64,000 nt of DNA, from positions 502,208 to 566,207 of the forward strand of contig CAVPHB010000006.1 of NCBI GenBank assembly GCA_963704145.1. The letters run 5' to 3'. The notes under the pieces were generated by a model that did not search any database, was not told the origin of the DNA, and worked only from the letters and a program-made list of their open reading frames with translations. This document shows positions 1 through 11,067 of the stretch, piece by piece. Every line of letters begins with the position of its first letter. Position 1 is the stretch's first letter. Made by a program: the position numbers and the translations under genes. The stretch comes from an uncultured Chloroflexia bacterium (lineage in GTDB: Bacteria; Chloroflexota; Limnocylindria; Limnocylindrales; CSP1-4).

Positions 1-3000
1 CTCGAGCATCACCCTGACCTACGGCGGCGTGATCGACGGCACGGGCACGCTGACCAAGAGCGGCACCGGCACCCTTGTCCTGTCGGGCGTCAACACCTAC
101 ACCGGCGCGACGACGATGAGCGCGGGCACCATCTCGATCGCCGCCGATAGCGGCCTGGGCACGCCGCCCGGGTCGCCCACGCCGGGCCAGCTGACCTTCA
201 ACGGCGGCACGCTGCTGATCACCGCCGACCTGGTCTTCAACCCCAACCGCGGCATCGCCCTGACCGGCGCCGGCACGATCAATGTCAACGCCGGTGTCAC
301 CGCGACCTACGGCGGCATCGTCGACCGGCTCGGGCACGCTGACCAAGGCGGCACCGGCACGCTCGTGCTGTCGGGCGTCAACATCTATACCGGCGCGACG
401 ACGATCACCGCCGGCGACTCTCTCGGTCGCCGCGGACAGTGCCTTCGGCGCAGTCCCCGGGTCACCCACGCCGGGCCAGCTGACGTTCAACGGCGGCACG
501 CTGCTGGTGACCGACGGACTTCACCATCAACGCCAACCGTGGCATCGCGCTGACCGCCGCCGGCACCATCAACGTCGACCCGGGCGTGACGCTCACCTAC
601 GACGGCATCATCGCCGGCGCGAGCACGCTGACCAAGTCGACCGGCACCGGCACGCTCGTGCTGTCGGGCGCCAACACCTATACCGGCGCGACGACGCGTC
701 ACCACCGGCGTGCTGCGCTGCAGAACAGTTCCGCCCTGGGCACGACCGCGGGCGCCACGACGCGTCGCCAAGTGGCGCGGCGATCGAGATCGACGGCTCG
801 GGCCTGAACATCGCCGAGAACATCACCAGCCTCATCGGCACGGGCGTCTCGACCACCGGCGCCTGCGCAACCTGGCCAACGACAACACCTGGTCGGGCGC
901 CATCACGCTGGTCAACACGACGCGCGTCAACTCCGACTCGGGCACGCTGACGTTTCAACCGCCATCAACGGCAACACACGCGCGCTGACTGTCGGCGGCT
1001 CGGGCGATATGACCGCCGCCGGCATCACCGGCACGACGGCGACGCTGACCAAGGATGGCTCGGGCACGCTGACGATGTCGGCGGCGAGCACGTACACCGG
1101 CGTGACGACGATCAACGCGGGCACGGTCCAACTTGGTGCGGTTGATGCGATCGGCAACAGCGCGGTCACGGTCGCCTCGGGCGCCATCCTGAACATGGCC
1201 GGCTACAGCGACACGATCGGCTCACTCGCCGGGGCCGGCCTGGTGACCAGCTCGGCGGTCGGCCCCGTGACGCTCACGTCCGGGGGCAAGAACACGAGCA
1301 CGGCCTTCTCGGGTGTGATCGAGGACGGTAGCGGCACGTTGTCGATGGTTAAGGAGGGCACGCTGGTCCTGACCCTGTCCGGAGTCAACACTTACACCGG
1401 CGCGACGACGATCACCGCGGGCACCATCTCGATCGCCGCTGGTAGCGCTCTGGGCACTCCGCCGGTGACGCCCACGCCCGGCCAGCTGACCTTCAACGGC
1501 GGCACGCTGCTGGTCACGGCCGACATCGTCTTCAACACCAACCGCGGTATCGCCCTTACAGGTGCGGGCACGCTCAACGTCAACGCCGGCGTGACTGCGA
1601 CCTACGGCGGCATCGTCGACCGGACCGGGCACGCTGACCAAGTCGCGGCACGGGCACCCTCGTGCTGTCAGGCGCCAACATCAATAGCGGCGCGACGACC
1701 ATCACCGCAGGCACTCTCTCGGTCGCCGCCGACAGTGCTTTCGGCGCAGCTGCCCGGGTCGCCCACGCCGGGCCTGCTGACGTTCAACGGCGGCACGCTG
1801 CTGGTGACCGCGGACTTGACCATCAATGCGAACCGCGGCATCGCGCTCACCGCCGCAGGCATCTTCAACGTCAACCCGGGCGTGACGCTCACCTACGACG
1901 GCATCATCGCCGGCGCGAGCACGCTGACCAAGTCGACCGGCACGGGCACGCTCGTGCTGTCGGGCGCCAACACCTATACCGGCGCGACGACGATCACCGC
2001 CGGTGTGCTGCGCGTGCAGAACGGTTCCGCGCTGGGCAGCGACCGCCGGCGGCACGAGCGTGACAAGTGGTGCGGCGCTCGAGATCGACGGCTCGGGCCT
2101 GAACATCGCCGAGCCGATCACCAGCCTCAGGGCACGGGCGTCTCGACTACTGGCGCCCTGCGCAACCTGGCCAACGACAACACCTGGTCGGGCGCCATCA
2201 CGCTCGCCGACACGACGCGCGTCAACTCCGACGGCGGCACTCTCACGCTTTCAACCGCCATCAACGGCAACACACGCGCGCTGACCGTCGGCGGCTCGGG
2301 CGATATGACCGTCGAGCGCGATCACCGGCACGACCGCGACGCTGACCAAGGATGGCTCGGGCACGCTGACGCTGTCGGCGGCCAATACGTACACCGGCGG
2401 ACGACGATCAACGGCGGCATCGTGTCCATCGACGCCGACAACGGCCTCGGGACGCCACCGGTATCGCCCGGTCGGGCCAGTCTGCTGACCTTTGGCGGCG
2501 GTACCCTGCAGTGCGAGCACGACGATGACTCTCGACCCCAACCGGGGTATCGCCTTCGGCAGCGCTGGCGGCACGTTCGACGTCGCGCCCGACGACCATG
2601 ACCTACGCCGGGACGGCGACCGGCTCCTCTTCTCCGGGACTACGACGAAGTCGGGCGGCGGGACCCTCGACTTGAGCGCTGCGACGGCCACGATAGGCGC
2701 GCTGACCATCCGGCCGGCACGATCGTCGCGCCGATCGCGAACTTCTTCGACATCAATGGCGACCTGACGAACAACGCCGGGCCGGGCGCGCTGGTGCCGG
2801 GCAGGAACAGTGACCCTGAGCGGGTCTGGCGGCGCGCAGGCTATCGTCGGCGCCTACCCGGTCAACTTCAACGGTCTGACCGTGAGCAACTCGAGCGGGG
2901 TAACTCTCGACTTCGACGTGACTGTCGCCGGCACGCTGACGTTCACCATCGGCAAGGTGACAACGGGTGCGAATGTGCTGTCGGTGGCAGACGGTGGCTC

Positions 3001-4773
3001 CGTGTCGCGCACGAGCGGCCACGTCGTCGGCAACCTGCAGAAGTACATCCCGACGGGCGATCCGAGTGCCACCTTCGAGGTCGGCGACTCGGCCAACTAC
3101 ACGCCCATCACTGTCTCATTCACCAGCGTGACGGCTGCCGGCGAACTGACCGCCAGCACCACGATAGGCGACCACCCCGGCATCGGCAGCTCGAGCCTTG
3201 ACCCAGGTCAGACCGTGAACCGCTATTGGAGCCTGGCCAACTCCGGCATCGCTCTCGCCAGCTACGGTGTGACCTTCGACTTCGTCGGCGGCGACGTGGA
3301 TGCCGCTGCGGACCCGGACTACTTCGTGGTTCAACGCTACACCGCCTCCGCCTGGAGCGCCGTGCGCGACTGGGTCGCGCACGGCGACGAGCACACAGGC
3401 GACCGGAGTGACCGGCTTCGGTGACTTCGCCGTCGGCATCCCGATTGACTCGGCCGTCGATCACTTTGTCGTCGTCGCCCCGCTGGCGCCACCGCGGGCG
3501 TGGCTTTCGACGTGACCATGACCGCAGTGGACTCTGTCGGCAACACCGTCACTGGCTTCACGGGCACTGTGACCTTCTCGAGCAGCGATGCCTACGCCAC
3601 TTTCGCGCCGACGAACTATGCCTTTGTGGCTGGCGACCACGGCACCAAGACGCTCGCGTCGGTGGCGACCCTCATCGGGGCCGGCAGCCAAAGTGTCAGC
3701 GTGACCAGCGCGGGCAAGAACGGGACGAGCGACGTGATCAACGTTGGTCCGGCGGCGTTCACCAAGCTGCTCGTGCTGGTGCCGGGCGAGAGCACCGATC
3801 CGGGCTCGCCGACCGGCAAGACCGGCAGCCCGACCGGGCAGACAGCCAATGCCCCCTTCTCGATCACCGTTTACGCCGTCGACGACTACTGGAACGTCAC
3901 GCCGGCCACTGACACCGTCGCCATCAGCTCCTCGGACGCGGATGCAGACCTGCCCCCGAACGCCGCGCTGGTGGCCGGCGCTGGCTCGTTCAGCGTCACT
4001 GCCCAGGCTGGCGGGCCGACGACCTTCACGGCGACTGACATCAGCGATGGCAGCAAGACCCCCAGCACGAGCACCTCAATCTCGGTCACGAACTCGGCGC
4101 CGACCGCGCTGCCAGATGCCTATAGCGTCACCCAGGATGGCGTGCTCGATGTGGGCGCAGCTGGTGTGCTGGGCAACGACATCGACCCTGAAGACCAGTC
4201 GATCTCCGTTGCCGATCCGCGCCCGGTCAGCGGCCCCGCCCACGGCAGCTTGACGCTCAACAGCGATGGTTCATTCAGGTACGTGCCGGTTCGGGCTACA
4301 GCGGCGTCGATACGTTCACGTACGTCGCGAGCGACGGCTTCCTGCAGTCGGCCAGTGCGACCGTGACGATCACTATCCGCGACCACGCGCTCGTGTCGGC
4401 TGCTGGTTGGTCGACTGCATTCGCTGCCGGCCGCTACCTCGAGTTCACGTTCCCGAGCTACGTGCCCGTCGGATCCGAGGTCCTGAGCGCCACTTTCCGG
4501 CACTCGTACCGCTCGCTCGACGGAACTGGGACAACGTGCTACTTCGTCGAGGTCTACGAGGGCGCGGTCATGATTGCGGGCCACGGCAGCGCGATTACGC
4601 CTGTGTCGTGCAACGGCACGGCGAGTTATGTCAGCGACGCGATTGAACTGCCGGAGATCAACACGGTCTCGCGTGCGAACTCGCTCAGCATTCGCGTCTA
4701 CTACCGCAATTCATCAGGCGCCCAAACGCAGACCTACCGCGCCATGCTCGGAGTGGACTACTACCTACCCTGA
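1..4773 (+). pseudogene. Giant repetitive cell-surface adhesin-like protein (autotransporter-associated beta-strand/PATR-like repeats plus Ig-like/cadherin-like (VCBS-type) segments). The 5' end is outside the window and the frame is broken many times.
   Basis: ORF fragments 29-553, 282-950, 586-807, 1009-2601, 1662-2063, 2492-2767, 2810-3424, 3500-4366 and 4363-4773 carry the same protein across three frames. There are about 8 copies of a ~97-aa unit LTKSGTGTLVLSGVNTYTGATTITAGTISIAADSALGTPPxxPTPGQLTFNGGTLLVTADxxFNxNRGIALTGAGTxNVNAGVTxTYGGI. Downstream come segments such as DAYSVTQDGVLDVGAAGVLGNDIDPEDQSISV...GYSGVDTFTYVASDG and a distinct C-terminal domain. Stop is TGA at 4771-4773. Confidence 0.7.
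50..2450. repeat. Intragenic tandem repeat array: about 8 copies of a ~290-300 bp unit. On top of it sits a ~1.3 kb higher-order repeat (segment ~740-1040 is near-identical to ~2040-2345).
   Basis: The motif gctgaccaag...accggcgcgacgacgatcacc recurs at about 50, 340, 620, 1040, 1340, 1636, 1925 and 2345. Copies differ by single-base indels, which coincide with the frame breaks. Confidence 0.75.
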
Positions 4774-4857
4774 GGCTCCGCCCAGCCAATAGAACTCGTC
4801 GGCGGACGGGACGATCGGGCCATGTCCGGCAGGACCTGAAGGTGCGATACCTACCCC

Positions 4858-6547
4858 GTGTCTGCCGCGAAGCCACGTAAGACTTCCAGCAACGGGTCGA
4901 ATCCGGACGCAACTTCTCCAACTTCTCCGGCACAGCCGGCCAGCTCAGTGCGTCTCGTCCGTCTGCGCCTGCGCCTGGCGTTGCTGACGATGGCCGTTCT
5001 GCCGATGGCGCTGTCGATGGCGTTGGTCAATGCCTTCCTTGGCCCGCGACGCGTCGATCTCGCGCTCGAGTTGCTGGCAATCATGGGCGCGCTGAGCGTG
5101 CTGCTCGTCGCGTTGACAGTGCGGATGACCCACCAGGTGCTGCGGCCGGCGGAGGATCTGGAGCGATCGCGCGCCGACTTGCACCGGCAGTACGAGCTGG
5201 CGCGCGCTGACACATTGCGAGACTCGCTGACCGGTCTGGGCAATCACCGCGCCTTCCAGGAGGAGCTCGACCGAGAGCTCGAGTCGTACCGGCGCTACCG
5301 GGTACCGGTGGCGCTGCTGCTGATCGATCTCGATGACCTGAGGCTGGTCAACGATTTCAGGGGGACACGCGGCCGGTGACGAGATGCTGCGCGAGATGGG
5401 TCGGCTGGTCAGCCAGATCGCGCGCTATGCCGACCGCAGCTTCCGCGTCGGCGGCGACGAGTTCGCCATCCTGATGCCGCACACCAATGCCCAGGGCGCG
5501 CTCCAGATGGCCCAACGCCTGCAGGAACGAACAATGCAGGTGCGCGTCGGCGCCCGGCCGCTCCCGTTCTCAGGTGGCATCTCGGCCTGCCCGGAGCTAG
5601 CCACCACCCGCTCACAGCTCTACGCCCAGGCCGATGCTGCTCTGTATTGGTGCAAGCGCCACGGCCGGGCTTCGACCGACGTATTTCACCCGGTGCGCGA
5701 CCGTGCGGTGACCCCACAGGCCACGTCCGAGATGTCGGCCGCGATCGCCGTGGTCGTCAATGACCGGCTGCTCCGGCCGGTCTACCAGCCGGTGGTGGAC
5801 CTCGCAACGGGCCGGGTGATCGGCTTCGAGGGCCTGATCAGGCCGTCCGCCGAGTCGGGCTTTGCTGATCCGGGCGCCATGTTCGTGGCGGCCGAAACCG
5901 TGGGTCGCACGGTCGAGCTCGATTACGCCTGCCTGCAGGCCGTGCTTGCCGGCGCGCGCGAGATACCGGATGAGCAACTGCTGACCGTGAACGTCTCGCC
6001 GCGGACGATCGAAGCACCCCACTTCTCAGCCGAGATGCTGCTGGCGCTCCTGTCCCGAAATGGGATTGCTCCCGGGCGGGTCGTGGTCGAGGTGACCGAG
6101 CGCGAACAGGTCGAGGACATCGCCCGGCTGAGGGCGAACCTCGCCGCCCTTCAGCGTGCGGGTCTGCGCATCGCCGCCGACGATGTCGGTGCCGGCAACG
6201 CCGGCCTGCGCCTGCTCAGCCAGTTCCGCTTCGATATCGTCAAGATCGACTTGAGCCTGGTGCAGGATGGCTCCGAGCGCGACGCGTCACGCGCTGTGCT
6301 GCGCTCTCTGCGCGACCTGGCCCAGCGCTGGGGAGCGTCAGTCATCGCCGAGGGCATCGAGACGATCAGCCAGCTGCGCAGCGTGCGCGAGCTGGGGGTG
6401 ACCGCCGGCCAGGGCTACCTGCTCGGCCGACCGCGGCCCGACCCGATCCTGCCGTCGATCGACATCGCCGCCATCGAGGCGGGGGGAGTCGTGCTAGAAA
6501 GGCGCCCACGCGCCGCCGTCGCGGCGGCCAGTCCAGCCGCCGTCTGA
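4858..6547 (+). pseudogene. Membrane-anchored GGDEF/EAL diguanylate cyclase/phosphodiesterase. One frameshift lies inside the GGDEF domain near 5370-5385.
   Basis: N-terminal TM helices (LALLTMAVLPMALSMALVNAFLG, LAIMGALSVLLVALTV), then DSLTGLGNHRAF...LLLIDLDDLRLVNDFRG, a frame change to GHAAGDEMLREMG...RVGGDEFAIL (GGDEF), then an EAL domain (YQPVVDLATGRVIGFEGLIRP, DDVGAGNAGLRLL, KIDLSLV, VIAEGIETISQ). The EAL signature is degenerate (EGL). Confidence 0.75.
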
Positions 6548-6575
6548 CGGTTCAGGCGGTCTCGATCAGCGAGGT

Positions 6576-7433
6576 TCAGTCGACCTCGGCGACAAGGATG
6601 GTGGACGAATCCTGGTAGGCCCGGACTGGGATTGCCACCGGCTGTCGATCGGCCACCACAGGCACAGCGATCGCGGCCCGCTGCGGGGCCGTCTCCCGAT
6701 CGAGCGGGCGCTGGTGGATGTGGGCGACGGCCGGCGTCGGGGCGGGTTCGGGTAACGCCCGGAACCTCTCGTGGATGATCGCGTTCAGGATCGTCCAGCC
6801 CGCCGAGAAAGTGTGCAGCTTGGCCTCGCCGGCCACTCGTGGAGCCTCGCAACTGGCGACCTCGACAACGCGCAGACCGCGCCTGAACGCCCGGATGTTG
6901 GCCACGATCTCGTGGGCCCAGCCGTCGATTTCGGGCGCCAGCAGAGGGAGGTGCCTGCGCCAGACGGCGTTGTAGCCGTAGGTGATGTCACTGAACCGGC
7001 TGCCGAAGAGGGTGTTGGCTAGGACGACGAAACCCCAGTTGCCGAGCCTGCGCAATGGCGTGATGTCGTCGGTTCGCCCGCCGGGCGCGAAGCGGCTGCC
7101 CTTGGCGAAGTCAGCGCCCGAGAGCAGGCAGTCGACGAACGCCGGGATCTCGGCCGGGTCGGTCGAGCCATCGGCGTCGAGATGGACGACGATGTCGCCG
7201 CTCGCGGCCTCGAAGCCCGCGCGCAGCGCCGCGCCCTTGCCCGGCCGCTCCTGGCGGACGACGTGGATATCGGGCCTGATCCTGCGCGCGACCTCGATTG
7301 TCCCGTCGGTCGACGCGCCGTCGACGAGGATCACCTCGTGCACACCGGCCGGGATGCGCGGCAGGACGTGGGGCAGGCTGGCCGCCTCGTTGAGGGCGGG
7401 GATCACCACGCTGACCGAAACCTCGCGAATCAC
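6576..7433 (-). CDS. Family 2 glycosyltransferase (Dpm1/GtrB-like polyprenyl-phosphate sugar transferase)
   Basis: Intact 285-aa ORF. VVIPALNEAASLPHVL...EVILVDGASTDGT...VHLDADGSTDP is the GT2 DxD-type signature. Confidence 0.85.
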   Translation of the reverse strand: MIREVSVSVVIPALNEAASLPHVLPRIPAGVHEVILVDGASTDGTIEVARRIRPDIHVVRQERPGKGAALRAGFEAASGDIVVHLDADGSTDPAEIPAFVDCLLSGADFAKGSRFAPGGRTDDITPLRRLGNWGFVVLANTLFGSRFSDITYGYNAVWRRHLPLLAPEIDGWAHEIVANIRAFRRGLRVVEVASCEAPRVAGEAKLHTFSAGWTILNAIIHERFRALPEPAPTPAVAHIHQRPLDRETAPQRAAIAVPVVADRQPVAIPVRAYQDSSTILVAEVD

Positions 7434-7595
7434 GTTGGCTGCTGTTCCTCTGGCGGAGTGAGCAACTGGCCGCCGGGACGCCTTCTGGGTGGCATTTCCG
7501 GCGGCCAGCGGCTGGAGCTGATCGGACGGCCAACGTAGTACGAAGGTACTGGTCGGTCAATACATCCGGACCCCCTGGGCGGCTCATTGCGTTGC

Positions 7596-7618
7596 GGCCC
7601 GGCAACGACTGTGCCGGG
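7596..7618 (-). terminator. Possible terminator hairpin just downstream of the GT4 gene stop (GCCCGGCA-acgactg-TGCCGGGC)
   Basis: 8-bp stem, 7-nt loop, 2 nt beyond the stop of the minus-strand GT4 gene (7620-8803). No U-tract. Confidence 0.25.
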
Positions 7619-7619
7619 C

Positions 7620-8803
7620 TCAGCGAGCGCCGTTCAGCTCGTCGAGGCGCTGCAGGAGGCCGTCGTAGGCGTCGGCGGTGTTGGCCCACGAGTGGGGATG
7701 CTCGAACCGCTGGCCGGCCAACGTCGCGACCCGGCGCATGGCTTCGATGAGCGGCGCCGTCTCGCCGGGCGGCACGAGGACCATCCCGCCGTAGCCCTGG
7801 GCCGCTTCGGCGTTGCCGCCGACGTCGGTCATCACGATCGGCAGCCCGTAGCCCATCGCGACGTGCAGAGGCCCGCTCAGTGACGAGCGCAGGTAGGGCA
7901 GCGCGACGGCGTCCGCGCCACGCAAGTATCGATCGAGCTCGGCGTCGGTGACGTAGCGGTTGACGAACGTGATTCGTGACCGGCGCGGACTGCGCTCGAT
8001 CAACTCGGTCGGCAGCGTCCAGCCTTCCCAGGTCTCGCCGACCACGGTCAGCCAATACGAGCCGATCTCCGCTTCGGGGATTGCCTCGAAGGCAGCGACG
8101 AGGTGCTCGAGACCCTTGTACGGCCGGATGACGCCAAAGAACAGCACGTTGCAGACGCCCTCCGGCGCATCACGCAGCGGCTCGTCGGCCTGCTGTGCGG
8201 CTCGATAGTGATCGTGCGGTCCGTGCGGCAGTACCTCGATCGGTCGCCGGCGGCCGACCGCCCACGTGTCGATGACCAGCTGCCGATCGAATTCCGAGTG
8301 GACCGCGAAGCCGTGGGCCAGGCGCATCAGGATCGGGGCGAAGGCCTGGACGTAGCGCCGCGCGAAGGGGATGTTCGCCTCGCCGGTCTCGATGACCTCG
8401 TGGAACTCGACCACGACGCGCGCGCCGACAAGCCGGGCCAGCAGCGCCAGCGCAATGTAGCTGTGCAGCACGCGTGCCCGTCCACCACTCGAAGATGACG
8501 ACCCCGGGACGGCGGCGGAGCAGGAAGAGCGCCGCGCGCATGATGCTCGGCAGCCAGAACCAATCGACGCCGTCGAAGGTGGCCACGCCTGGATCTCGTT
8601 CGAGGTTGGCCAGGTCGGCGCCGACGCGCTTCCAGCCCGGGTACAGACCGGCGCGGCAACAGCCGGCGCATGGTGATGATCGCTACCTGGTTGCGTGCGG
8701 CGAGGGCGTTGGCGAGGCGAACGGTGTAGACGCTGATGCCGCTCAGGAAGTGGGTGCCCGAGCCGACGACGACGATCCGCCGCGCCTGACTGCTCTCCTT
8801 CAT
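7620..8803 (-). pseudogene. GT4-family glycosyltransferase (RfaB-like), split over three frames
   Basis: N-terminus MKESSQARRIVVVGSGTHFLSGISVYTVRLANALAAR (8327-8803). Middle WWTGTRAAQ.. (8170-8586). C-terminal domain VLFFGVIRPYKGLEHLVAAFEAIP...GLPIVMTDVGGNAEAA (7620-8471). Its start overlaps the gmhB stop (ATGA). Confidence 0.7.
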
Positions 8804-9384
8804 CGAGCAGCCAGCGCGGCGGTCAGCCCACCGGCTTCGACCAGCGCCGACAGCGACGGACTGCTGGCCGCGATCTCTATCCCGCGCATGCTCGCCTCGC
8901 GCGCAAGGTCGGCATGCTCATCGCCCACCAGCCACAGGCGCATGCCCAGCCGCCGGCCGGCCTCGAGGTCGCTCAGCGAGTCGCCGACAAGGTGCGCTGC
9001 GCCGAACGAGATCCACGGATGGTCGTGTTGCGCCTGGCGGAAGAGTCCGGTCTCGGGCTTGCGGCAGTCACACGTGCCGACCTCATGCGGGCAGACGTCG
9101 ACGCCCTCCAGGCGCGCGCCGGCGACGGTCACGACTTCGGACAGCCGCGCGTGGATCTCGGCCACGTCGGCTTCGTTGACCAGGCCGCGCGCGATGCCGC
9201 GCTGGTTGGTCACGACGAACAGGTGTCCGCCGGCGCGGTGCAACGCGACGAGTGCCGCGAGTGCGCCGGGCAGGAGCTCGAACTCGCCCCAGCGATGGAT
9301 GTAGTCGCCCTGCACTGCCCGGTGGTTGATCACGCCGTCGCGATCGAGGAAGACGGCGCGTCTCGGACGCCCGTCAGCCGCCAT
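8800..9384 (-). CDS. gmhB: D-glycero-D-manno-heptose 1,7-bisphosphate phosphatase (HAD-IIIA)
   Basis: MAADGRPRRAVFLDRDGVINHRAVQGDYIHRWGEFELLPGA...LFVVTNQRGIARG...CDCRKPETGLF...LVGDSLSD carries the HAD motifs I-IV in GmhB arrangement. The larger ORF 8800-9636 has a spurious N-terminal extension. Confidence 0.8.
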   Translation of the reverse strand: MAADGRPRRAVFLDRDGVINHRAVQGDYIHRWGEFELLPGALAALVALHRAGGHLFVVTNQRGIARGLVNEADVAEIHARLSEVVTVAGARLEGVDVCPHEVGTCDCRKPETGLFRQAQHDHPWISFGAAHLVGDSLSDLEAGRRLGMRLWLVGDEHADLAREASMRGIEIAASSPSLSALVEAGGLTAALAAR

Positions 9385-10416
9385 GCCTGCCGTTGACCCG
9401 CCACGTCTGCAGTCCCAGCGGCTCGAGCGCCACCTGTGGATCTGGCAGCCGAGCCTCGCAACACCTCGGCGACGCTGTGCTTCCGGTCGTAGCGGCAGTA
9501 GAGCAGCATGTAGCCGCCGCCGCCGGCGCCGGTGATCTTGCCGCCGATGCGCGCCCGTCGCGCGCGGGCGACGTCGTACAGCTCGTCCAGCTCCGGGCTC
9601 GAGATGCGCGTCGACATCCGCTTCTTGTGCTGCCACTCCTGGTCGAGCAGCGCGCCGAAGTCGTCCACTTGCGGTGCAGCAGCGCGTTCTTCATCTCGCA
9701 CGGCGAGCGCCTTGAGCTCGCTGCAGCGCGCCACGGTCGTCTCGGCGTCGCCCTGCTCGTAGCGCCGGACCTGGTCCTCGATGATGTTGCGACGACAGGC
9801 GCATCCTGCCGGTATGCGCGAGCAGCAGGTTGTACTCCAGCTCGTTGAGGATGTCCGGGCTGACGCGCAGCGAGTTGACGACCACGCGGTCGGCCAGGAA
9901 CTCGATGAAGTTGAAGCCGCCGAAGGCGGCCGCGTACTGGTCCTGCATGCCGCCCGCGATGCCCAGGTCCATCGCGTTCGATCTCGTAGGCCAGTCTCGG
10001 CGATCTCGTAGTCGGTCAGCGCGCAGGCTCGTGCCACTCCTTGAGCAGGCCGACCAGCACGACCATCATCGCCGACGAGGAGCCCAGGCCCGAGCCGGGT
10101 GGCGCGTCGGAGTGGAGGAACAGGTCGAAGCCATGTCGTATGGCGCCGGCCAGTCGCGTGATGGCCGCCTTGGCCAGGTCGAGCTCGCCATCGAGGTCAG
10201 GTCGTCGCGCGAGCGTAGGCGAGCGAGATGCCGAAGTCGAGCGAGTCGATGCAGGATCTGGCCGTCGTCGCGCGGCCGGAGGGTGCCCCACGCGTACCGG
10301 TCGATGGTCGACCGCAGGACGCAACCGCCCTCGCGCTCGGGGAACGGCGGCACGTCTGTGCCGCCTCCAGCGAAACTGATCCGCAGTGGCGCCTTGGCCC
10401 GGACGAGCGTGGTCAT
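9374..10416 (-). pseudogene. hddA: GHMP-family D-glycero-alpha-D-manno-heptose 7-phosphate kinase, at least 3 frameshifts
   Basis: MTTLVRAKAPLRISFAGGGTDVPPFPEREGG (10066-10416). [20 protein letters not shown] (10016-10441 frame). [24 protein letters not shown] (9691-9972). GGKITGAGGGGYMLLYC (9330-10037 frame). Its stop overlaps the gmhB start. Confidence 0.7.
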
Positions 10417-11067
10417 GACCGGACCCAGAGCCTGGCTGCACGGAGAAGCGCCCTCACCAGCGCAGGAGGCTAGACAGGCCCGGGCGACCCGTCAAGGTGT
10501 GCCGCGTCCGTCCGGTGCCGTGGCGCTCGGGACGCGTTGCGCGCGGGCGACGCAACCTGGGCACTCGAGCCTGGCCCTAGGCGGGCTGGGCACGCATATC
10601 TGTAGACTCGGCGCCGGAGTGCCGGTTGTCACCCGCCGGATGGGGCTGCTGACCGGCACTGACGCGAATGAGTTCAGTTCGGACGCGGTCACGCATGACG
10701 GACCGAGAACGACGCACCTGCCATTTGAACTACTCCCCGAACGAGGCATCGAGGGTGATGAGGATCCAGCCGCGGAAGAGCAACGAGCATACCGTTCAGG
10801 CAGCCATGAGAGGGCCATCCATCTCCCACGCCAGCGGCAGCAATCGCCCTGGCCGAACCGACGCCCTCCTTTTCATCCGGCTGGTCGCGCTGGCCCCACT
10901 CGCGCCACCGCTCTGGTGCGGTCGGGTGACCGTCGCGCCCGCCGTCATTCGGATCGGCAACCGGGTCCCGTCGACCACCGACGCGGCGACCGGCCGGTGA
11001 CCGCCCCCGCTCGCGCCGGCAAATCCGCTGACACGGCTCACGCGCAGCCCGACCAGCGGTCGGCGCC

